This document shows positions 9,531 to 15,728 of a stretch of DNA of 15,728 nucleotides, piece by piece. The DNA is from an uncultured Dehalococcoidia bacterium (GTDB taxonomy: Bacteria > Chloroflexota > Dehalococcoidia > Lucifugimonadales > UBA3495), in the NCBI GenBank assembly GCA_950072105.1, contig CATMOE010000069.1, positions 1-15,728 of the forward strand, written 5' to 3'. Made by a program: the position numbers and the translations under genes. The notes under the pieces are model-generated. The model did no database searches, was not told the DNA's origin, and saw nothing but the letters and a program-made list of their open reading frames with translations. Position 1 is the first letter of the stretch. The number at the start of each line of letters is the position of its first letter.

Positions 9531-9830
9531 TTAAGAGACCCGCCCACGCCATTTGGCTGGATCGCGGGCGGTGTGTAACACTCCGTATATTGTCGCCACG
9601 CCTCTGGAATATTCATAGAAGACCGCATAAGGGAAGCGGCGCACTAAGGCACGCCGATAGCTTTCATGCACCGCACCATACAATTGGGGTCTGCGGACAA
9701 TCGTTTCAATACAGGCGTCCACGCATCCCAAAAACTCCGCTCCCAAGCCAGGTCTCAAATCCTCGTACCAGGCGTATGCTTCTACCAGGTCTAGTTCTGT
9801 ATCCGGCGCTAACACTAACTCAGTGGTCAA
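9531..9830 (-). CDS. Type II TA toxin, RelE/ParE family
   Basis: DLVEAYAWYE...GLGAEF, RRALVRRFPYAVFY and VLHTARDP; overlaps the upstream antitoxin. Confidence 0.9.
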   Translation of the reverse strand: MTTELVLAPDTELDLVEAYAWYEDLRPGLGAEFLGCVDACIETIVRRPQLYGAVHESYRRALVRRFPYAVFYEYSRGVATIYGVLHTARDPAKWRGRVS

Positions 9831-10044
9831 AGCGCCTTTCGACCTTTCGTTTGACCGCTTCCCAGGTAAGTCCGGCGGCTGGATTCTTGCTTAAATTGGC
9901 CTTCCGGCGCGCTAGCTCTTCCTTTTGCCAGTCGTGGACGGGTACCCCTTCAACGCTCGTTGCAAGGTCGTCCCATAGATCCTCGACCAGTTGGAGTTTT
10001 TCTGAAGGGCTCAGATCGAAAATCGATGTGTCTCCCGTGTCCAT
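9820..10044 (-). CDS. Addiction module antitoxin component (TIGR02574-like)
   Basis: LSPSEKLQLVEDLWDDL...WQKEELARR...TWEAVK; SD GGAGG; directly upstream of the RelE/ParE toxin. Confidence 0.9.
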   Translation of the reverse strand: MDTGDTSIFDLSPSEKLQLVEDLWDDLATSVEGVPVHDWQKEELARRKANLSKNPAAGLTWEAVKRKVERRFDH

Positions 10045-10096
10045 CTAAACCTCCCTGAATCCTCTTCAAAGTCCACTAAACAGTAAAACCGACTCG

Positions 10097-11152
10097 CTAT
10101 GACGGCTGCCCCACTGCATCTATTACACCTAACTCTTCCATCATCGTAGTGATCTGCTGCCAGGTTTCCTCTTCCACGTCGATACCGTCTCTACGCCGGG
10201 TCTGCTCCGTGCGGTACTCCGGCTCGCCGGGATACATGACCTCGGAGAACCCGGCAGCAGGCGGCGAGGTTTTGACGAACTCGGCGAATTCCTTGACCTC
10301 TTTCTTGAACTCGGCCAACGGCCTGAAGTGCTCCACGTTGTACACCGTGATGAAGCAACCGTCATTGTGCCGGGCAAGGGGGTCTAGGCCGAACCCAAGG
10401 CCCGTAAGCAGGCCTGAGAAAACCTCCACCATGAAGGATAGCCCGTACCCTTTGTGGCCCTGGTCCGCGCCCACGGGCAGGATGGCTCCACCGGCCCGGT
10501 AGTCTTCAGGGTCAGTGGTGGGGTTGCCATCCTTGTCGATGATCCAACCCTCAGGCACAGGCTCCCGCCGGTTGCGGGCCAGGGCGATCTTACCGGCCGC
10601 CACGGCACTGGTGGCCATGTCCAGCAGCACCGGGCCCTCCAGGTCGCTGGGAATGCCGATGCAGATGGGGTTAGTCCCCAGCCTACGGGCCCGTCCGCCA
10701 AAGGGCGCCACCGCCTTGGGGCCGGCCCCGGAATCCGCGGTGACCATCGCGATCATTCCTTCCTGTATCGCCATGGTTGGGTAGTCTCCGAGACGCCCTA
10801 TATGGCTCTGGTAATGGACGGTGATGGAGGCCACTCCGTTCACCTTGGCCTTCTCAATGGCCATGCGCATGGCCTTTTCGGTGACCACGAATCCGAATCC
10901 CCAGTTACCGTTTATCACGGCGGTGCAGGGAGCCTCCTTTTCCACGACGAAGGGAGCGCCGGGAACGATATGCCCCTTGTTGATACGCTCCACGTACTCG
11001 GCAATATGGATGACGCCATGAGAGTCGTGGCCCACCAGATTAGCCTTGACTTGGTGGGTGGCCACCACCTCGGCCTCCTCGTGGGAAACTCCCTTGGCCC
11101 TATAGATGTGATAGGCCACCTTGTGCAGATATTCGGGCGTGAATACAGGCAT
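10097..11152 (-). CDS. Ldh_2 family (malate/L-lactate/L-sulfolactate dehydrogenase-like) oxidoreductase
   Basis: ANLVGHDSHG, HIGRLG, LGTNP, LDMATS, HKGYGL and YPGEPE; SD AAGGAGG. Confidence 0.92.
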   Translation of the reverse strand: MPVFTPEYLHKVAYHIYRAKGVSHEEAEVVATHQVKANLVGHDSHGVIHIAEYVERINKGHIVPGAPFVVEKEAPCTAVINGNWGFGFVVTEKAMRMAIEKAKVNGVASITVHYQSHIGRLGDYPTMAIQEGMIAMVTADSGAGPKAVAPFGGRARRLGTNPICIGIPSDLEGPVLLDMATSAVAAGKIALARNRREPVPEGWIIDKDGNPTTDPEDYRAGGAILPVGADQGHKGYGLSFMVEVFSGLLTGLGFGLDPLARHNDGCFITVYNVEHFRPLAEFKKEVKEFAEFVKTSPPAAGFSEVMYPGEPEYRTEQTRRRDGIDVEEETWQQITTMMEELGVIDAVGQPS

Positions 11153-11361
11153 GGGGGATACCTCCTTGCTGGATGTGGGAGATGTTAGGACTGCTCACCG
11201 CAGAGGCCACAGAAAGCGCGGGGTTATTTTTTGTTTCCGTCACCGATGCGGTTATTTGGATGGCTTATAAGTTAGGTGGTAGTCTATCGCCGGGCTGTAG
11301 GCTTGTCTACTTTGGCGTCGTGACAGCCGCCTCCGGCCTCAAGTGGCAACGCGGCGTCAAC

Positions 11362-11390
11362 TTGTTGGCCCGGTCCGCCCATGATATTCT
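11362..11390 (+). promoter_or_regulatory. Promoter of the tRNA pair
   Basis: TTGTTG-N17-TATTCT with extended TG, 11 nt before tRNA-Arg. Confidence 0.5.
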
Positions 11391-11401
11391 TACTTGTGCA
11401 A

Positions 11402-11476
11402 GCCCCTGTAGCTCAGTGGATAGAGTGCTGGCCTCCGGAGCCAGAGACGAGAGTTCGACCCTCTCCGGGGGTACCA
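11402..11476 (+). tRNA. tRNA-Arg (anticodon CCG)
   Basis: Cloverleaf: acceptor GCCCCTG/CGGGGGT, D-arm GCTC/GAGT, anticodon arm CTGGC-CTCCGGA-GCCAG, T-loop TTCGACC, encoded CCA. Confidence 0.95.
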
Positions 11477-11573
11477 TCGGACACCACTCCAAATCGCCCA
11501 TCCGTCTTTCTACACGGAAGGCAGGGTGATTTCCTCCCCAGGAGAGGACCGTTCCCATCCTGGTGATACAAGT

Positions 11574-11648
11574 CGGGGCGTGGCCCAGCGGCAGGGCGCC
11601 TGGTTTGGGACCAGGAGGTCGGCAGTTCAAATCTGCCCGCCCCGACCA
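11574..11648 (+). tRNA. tRNA-Pro (anticodon TGG)
   Basis: Acceptor CGGGGCG/CGCCCCG, anticodon arm CCTGG-TTTGGGA-CCAGG, T-loop TTCAAAT, encoded CCA. Confidence 0.95.
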
Positions 11649-11760
11649 GATATAACTCAGGCGTGAATTGGTTTCCGCTGTTTTCCACGATAAACCAACT
11701 ATTGCCGCAATTGCTGCAGCAACCGGGTGAAATAGCCCCTCGTTACATTCTTGGTAACCG

Positions 11761-11943
11761 TCATCGCTTCGCCACTTGGTCCCACCGCACCCTAAGCATT
11801 CTCTCGCCGTCCAGCACCACATGATAGCCAGCGGCATACTCGTTGGGATGGTCCACGGTCTTCTGGAACACAGCACTGTACCTAGAGCGCGATTCCAGTA
11901 GTATGCGAGCCAAAGGAGTGCTTGAAAGCGCGCAGGTGAACAT
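11761..11943 (-). CDS. Possible small hypothetical protein or gene fragment
   Basis: 60-aa ORF 30 nt downstream of, and co-directional with, the HTH gene; no recognisable motif. Confidence 0.25.
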   Translation of the reverse strand: MFTCALSSTPLARILLESRSRYSAVFQKTVDHPNEYAAGYHVVLDGERMLRVRWDQVAKR

Positions 11944-11972
11944 GGTCCAAGGGGGGAATTAGATGATGATGG

Positions 11973-12293
11973 CTATGTACGCGGGTGTGCAAGGAATCGC
12001 AACGGGTCCGTGTTTGATTCACTGACGGCAGTTTGCGCCAATAACCTATGTAATTCCCCTATTTGCCTGTCTTTCTCTTTCAGTTGATCCCGTAGGACTT
12101 CCAGCAGGGCGTTGTCGCCGTTGCCGTTGGGCCGCGAAAGATTTTGCTGATTGTCAGGGATGTCGATTAGCCAGCGGTATCCCTGCGCTGTCTTCTGTTT
12201 CGTACCTTGGATTAATCCTTTAGCTAACCGTCGTCTAACCGTTTGGGTAGATATGTGTAGGGCGTCAGAGGCTTCGTTGATTGACACTCGCAT
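11973..12293 (-). CDS. Helix-turn-helix (excisionase/MerR-like) protein with C-terminal coiled coil
   Basis: VSINEASDALHISTQTVRRRLAKGLIQG...RWLIDI (winged HTH) followed by the heptad-like LLEVLRDQLKEKDRQIGELHRLL. Confidence 0.75.
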   Translation of the reverse strand: MRVSINEASDALHISTQTVRRRLAKGLIQGTKQKTAQGYRWLIDIPDNQQNLSRPNGNGDNALLEVLRDQLKEKDRQIGELHRLLAQTAVSESNTDPLRFLAHPRT

Positions 12294-12878
12294 GGTTGCA
12301 AGTTTACCTGGTTGGGTAACCAGTCGAGTACCTGGCGGCTATGCGGTGTTTATCGGGTTTCAACCTAGTATGTCCGTGGTTAGCGCCGACAGGTAGCGGC
12401 TCTATGCGACAACATACCTCTGCCATGGCGCGCCGGTTGGAGACCCAGGTTACTCCCCCAAACCGGCATGGATTAGGCATCTTGGTGTCCTAGTGATTGG
12501 TCGTCGCCAACGTTTTGGAACTGAACCTCTGTGCTGACTGGTGATTGGGGCTAAATGCGATAATCAGGACGGACAGCCCTACACATTGAGGGATTGCCGA
12601 TGAGTGATAACAACGGCGGTAGCAGCATGGAAATGGCGCTGCCTGCCGGAGCCGCCCAAATAACCGCCAAAGAGGAACATTCCGCTTAACTTTTAGCCCT
12701 GTAAAGACTCAATCAATCAGCAGCATACCGGGAGTCCCCCACCGTTTCGCCTAACAGCAGCCCGGCTACTACTTGGATTAACGCTTCCTGACTTGTTGCT
12801 AAGGTAGCACCAAGGATTCCTGAGCTAAGCCCAACGGTTTGATTTCTACCCCCTCCGCATACATCCTAAACTTGCCCC

Positions 12879-12908
12879 TTGGAAAATCCTGCTCCCGACT
12901 GCTATGCT
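12879..12908 (+). promoter_or_regulatory. Possible promoter of the NUDIX-exonuclease unit
   Basis: TTGGAA-N18-TATGCT with extended TG; SD AGGGAGG at 12956-12962. Confidence 0.4.
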
Positions 12909-12973
12909 TTCGGCATATGCCCACTGGGCACCGGGCCTGCTGGAATTGATCCGGTAGGGAGGCATCGCCAGAC

Positions 12974-13435
12974 TTGCTGATTTATGGTGACAGGATAGGT
13001 AAACTGGGGAGAATAGTCACCGCGTGTGACGCTGTCATATTCGACTCTCCGGGGGAGAAGGTGTTGCTTACCCGCCGCACGGACAACGGCCGATGGTGTT
13101 TGCCCGGGGGAGCCATGGACCCCGGCGAAAGCGCATCCGAGTGTTGTGCCCGGGAGGTCCTGGAGGAGACTGGATTGGTTGTCACTGTCGGCAGGTTGAT
13201 CGGTGTTTACTCCACTCCACACCGGATCACCGAATACGCCGACGGGAATCGAAAACAGGCGCTAGACTTAGTTTTTGAGGCGGTGCGGATCAGCGGGGAG
13301 CTCAGTGTCTCTGATGAAACGACGAAACTCGGATACTTCTCACCAGAGCAGATGAAGTCCATGGATGTGATGGAATTGTTCCACGAGAGGGTCAATGACG
13401 CTTTCGCAAGACAGGGGCAGGCGTTCCTACGCTGA
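12974..13435 (+). CDS. NUDIX hydrolase
   Basis: Nudix box GGAMDPGESASECCAREVLEETG, LLTRRTDNGRW and LIGVYS; TTG start uncertain. Confidence 0.92.
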   Translation: MLIYGDRIGKLGRIVTACDAVIFDSPGEKVLLTRRTDNGRWCLPGGAMDPGESASECCAREVLEETGLVVTVGRLIGVYSTPHRITEYADGNRKQALDLVFEAVRISGELSVSDETTKLGYFSPEQMKSMDVMELFHERVNDAFARQGQAFLR

Positions 13436-13459
13436 TCTGGGCATAATCAGAAGAGGGGC

Positions 13460-14044
13460 TTGAACATCGTGACTACGTATAAGCCTACAAATGCCAGGTA
13501 TTGGTGCGTTACCGACTTAGAATGTACCGGCCTTGATCCCGAACGGCATGAAATCATCCAGGTTGCCCGAGTCGTGATAGACACGGTCGACGGGCAGATA
13601 ATCCCCGATCTGACGATGTCCGAGTACATCCAACCCACCCGATGGGATCAGCGCGACAACGTGGCAATGAAAGTCAACGGACTGACTCTGGGAAAGCTTC
13701 AAGCCGAGGGAATCTCGGCAAAGCTGGCGTTGGAAGACTTTGGCCGTGGTGTGAACTGGAATGAAACCGTGCTGGCCGCTTGGGGCGCGGATTTCGAGAC
13801 TAAGTTCCTCTGGGATGCATTCCGGCGGATCGACCGAATCGTGCCGTTCAACTTTAAGGTGATCGACGTACGAAGCCTGGGGCACTTTCCACGGGCTAAG
13901 CAGGGTTTCACCGAATACCTGGGTCTTGGGGAATCATGCGATTATTACAGCGTTCCCTTCGATAGCGGCAAGGCCCACGATGCCCTGTATGACGCCACCA
14001 AGACTGCGGAATTGGCCCTGGCGTTGCTGAAGTTGGACGAGTGA
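13460..14044 (+). CDS. DEDDh-family 3'-5' exonuclease (DnaQ-like)
   Basis: ExoI TDLECTGLD, ExoII region GADFETKFL and ExoIII HDALYDA; start is TTG13460 or GTG13469. Confidence 0.88.
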   Translation: MNIVTTYKPTNARYWCVTDLECTGLDPERHEIIQVARVVIDTVDGQIIPDLTMSEYIQPTRWDQRDNVAMKVNGLTLGKLQAEGISAKLALEDFGRGVNWNETVLAAWGADFETKFLWDAFRRIDRIVPFNFKVIDVRSLGHFPRAKQGFTEYLGLGESCDYYSVPFDSGKAHDALYDATKTAELALALLKLDE

Positions 14045-14375
14045 TATTCCCTTGCCTCGGCCCGACCGGCTACAGAGAAGCCAGCCCTGGACAACCAAGG
14101 GCGATAATCTTATGGTTCGGGATCAAGAGTTGGCGATTCATGTCTGCCCGTACCGGCCAGATGGAACCTCTAGGTATGGTTTGTCAGCGGCTAATCCTGT
14201 CCATCTTTGGCCAACAACCACTTATACAGGAGCCGAGAATCTCCAAAGCTACTCCCACCGGCTGCTGGGTCGCGCCGGTTCAAGGAAGAGCGCTTAGGGA
14301 GTCGACAAGGCGTGTCGGAAATAGACTAGGCCGGGGCGTGAAACAACCAAACACCAACAGCCATGAGGTATTGCC

Positions 14376-14660
14376 ATGACCACCAAGCGAAAGTCGTTCA
14401 CCTATTCTTGGGGTAGCGGGTACGTCGCCGAAGAAGCCAGGGTGGAAGGCGAGTATCACGTCCCCACGCTGCAACTACTGAAGTACACCGAAGGTGAGGC
14501 CGCCGGCAATTTGAGCGTTAGGTTCTGCCACTACGGCCACGCCGGCAACTTCCGGCGGTCGCCGCTGATGATGTCACCTGACGAAATAGACATGATGCGG
14601 GAAGCACTGCACGAGACGCCGGAGCTGCGGGAGTTGCTACGCAGGTTGGTTGGGGATTAG
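14376..14660 (+). CDS. Hypothetical protein (small beta-rich domain plus C-terminal helices)
   Basis: SD GAGG, GC3-rich codon usage and protein-like composition; family not recognised. Confidence 0.75.
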   Translation: MTTKRKSFTYSWGSGYVAEEARVEGEYHVPTLQLLKYTEGEAAGNLSVRFCHYGHAGNFRRSPLMMSPDEIDMMREALHETPELRELLRRLVGD

Positions 14661-15152
14661 GCGAGTACTCGGCGCCATCGGTAACCGGGCCGTCCTACGT
14701 CTTGGAGACGCTTAGATTTCATCCTCATTAATCTGGGTTTGAGCGATTTCTTGGAAGTTTTGAAAATCCAGTTTCCCACCATCCGCATATGCCACGGCGA
14801 TCAGCAGGTTAGGGTTCATCTTTTTCAAGACTATGTGCAGATTCCTTTGACTGGTGGGCAGGTCACAACATCCCCCTACTCTTCCCGATACCCAGCCGTT
14901 ACGACCTGCCCAGTCTACTTTTCCCAACGCGCTCATCTGCCTGCCGCCCGTGATTCATCTAGGCCTGCCATCACATCTTGAGGAGCGGATCGGCTCCCAC
15001 TACCCGGTTTCTCACCCCACGTCTCGTCGAAGGGATCCACTTTCTGGTGCTTACGTTCCAGCGGCACGGCCGATGGGCCAAGACCCTTATCTAAAGTATC
15101 CAGCGTTTGGCAGGGGTAGCTTTCCATCACACACATTATGTTAAGTTCGCTA

Positions 15153-15181
15153 TTTACTAATACCATCTTATATGGTATAAA
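15153..15181 (+). promoter_or_regulatory. Promoter with palindromic operator for the Cro/XRE-like gene
   Basis: TTTACT-N17-TATAAA (extended TG); inverted repeat ATACCAT-N5-ATGGTAT at 15160-15178. Confidence 0.65.
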
Positions 15182-15190
15182 GTCCGTTGA

Positions 15191-15409
15191 ATGAACGATG
15201 TTCAAGTATTGGTTGCCAAACTTCAAGGCAAAGGCTGGACTTTGACCGCCATTGCCGATGAATTCGAGATTAGCCGCAACGCAGTGGATTCTTGGCGGTC
15301 AGGGAAACATCAACCGCGACAGTCTCTTATTGTGAAGCGTGAACTGGAACGGCTGTTGGACCGCAGGCGAATACCTAAAAGGCGCAGGATGGTCAGAAAA
15401 TCCAGTTAG
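15191..15409 (+). CDS. Cro/XRE-like helix-turn-helix protein
   Basis: KGWTLTAIADEFEISRNAVDSWRSGKHQP matches the HTH_XRE pattern; basic C-terminal tail. Confidence 0.8.
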   Translation: MNDVQVLVAKLQGKGWTLTAIADEFEISRNAVDSWRSGKHQPRQSLIVKRELERLLDRRRIPKRRRMVRKSS

Positions 15410-15440
15410 AACCGGTAACAAGCGATCAGCAACAGTCAGA

Positions 15441-15458
15441 CATGGTGCTAGCACCATG
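15441..15458. promoter_or_regulatory. Perfect 18-bp palindrome (candidate operator)
   Basis: CATGGTGCTAGCACCATG equals its own reverse complement; lies between the HTH gene and the archaellin gene. Confidence 0.5.
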
Positions 15459-15585
15459 GTGAAAACCCGGTCCGAAGATTAGGCGACCTCTATTTTGCAA
15501 TGGCATGATGTTTGGTAATCTTAAGTTGGGTGGACGTGCGGATGCGAAAAACACACCGGATTGGTGTTCACAAGGAGGACACAGA

Positions 15586-15728
15586 ATGTTTGCCAAGACC
15601 CTCATAAGAGACCAAAGATGAATCACCGGTCTTGAAACGGCCATCGTACTAATCGCTTTCGTAGTGGTGGCTTCGGTGTTTGCTTTCGCCGTTCTGAGCA
15701 CCGGATTGCTCAGCTCGGAAAAGAGCAA
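15586..15728 (+). pseudogene. arlB: Archaellin (archaeal flagellin, ArlB/FlaB type), 5' part; in-frame TGA at codon 12; runs off the window
   Basis: SD AAGGAGG then ATG15586: [46 protein letters not shown]. This matches the archaellin N-terminal signature [KR]G/xxGxxTxIxxIAFVxVAxVxAxxxLxxG. The stop (15619-15621) may be real or a base-call error. Confidence 0.9.

Noticed and set aside
11173..11876. ORFs 11173-11529, 11307-11876, 11381-11566 and 11413-11688
   Set aside because: They overlap the two tRNA genes, and their translations are typical tRNA-derived artefacts.
14041..14379. 112-aa ORF overlapping both neighbours by 4 nt (GTGA/ATGA)
   Set aside because: The coupling-like overlaps are intriguing, but composition and codon usage look non-coding and no motif is recognisable.
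14931..14952. Possible attR copy of the tRNA-Pro 3' end (ATCTGCCTGCCGCCCG vs ATCTGCCCGCCCCG)
   Set aside because: Only 7 contiguous identical bases in GC-rich sequence, which is compatible with chance.
14712..15226. Minus-strand ORFs 14712-14936 and 14933-15226 as a cI-like repressor partner
   Set aside because: No HTH or S24 peptidase motif and no SD; the longer ORF crosses the HTH promoter. At most these are degraded fragments.
15619..15621. Genome-wide UGA=Gly recoding (genetic code 25) or selenocysteine insertion
   Set aside because: The DinB, MDMPI, antitoxin, NUDIX and exonuclease genes all end in TGA at family-appropriate lengths, and long genes have no internal TGA. The position is a Gly, not a Cys, site.
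15426..15728. 100-aa minus-strand ORF
   Set aside because: It is the antisense shadow of the archaellin gene, which has the SD and the family motif.
1..15728. CRISPR array, transposase, integrase or reverse transcriptase; the remaining overlapping ORFs in the track
   Set aside because: No regularly spaced repeats or catalytic motifs were found by eye. The other ORFs are antisense or alternate-frame shadows of confident genes in GC-rich DNA.

Overview
Bacterial chromosomal window, probably Chloroflexota (Dehalococcoidia/SAR202-like). This assignment is inferred from gene order and repeat style, not from a search. The left part is housekeeping, on the minus strand: rpsO-pnp-dapB-asd-dapA, with a frameshifted cupin gene at the left edge. 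The middle holds a 5-formyl-THF cyclo-ligase and a minus-strand run of Ldh_2 oxidoreductase, antitoxin, RelE/ParE toxin, two DinB-superfamily proteins and an APH-like kinase, followed by tRNA-Arg(CCG) and tRNA-Pro(TGG). After the tRNAs comes a loosely packed accessory region: an HTH/coiled-coil protein, NUDIX, DEDDh exonuclease, a hypothetical protein, a Cro/XRE-like HTH with its own operator, and several hairpins. The most notable feature is absent from the ORF track. At 15586 an archaellin (archaeal flagellin) gene begins and runs off the window. It has a class III signal peptide, but an in-frame TGA sits exactly at the conserved cleavage-site Gly. Upstream are a bacterial SD, GGA-loop hairpins and a perfect 18-bp palindrome.
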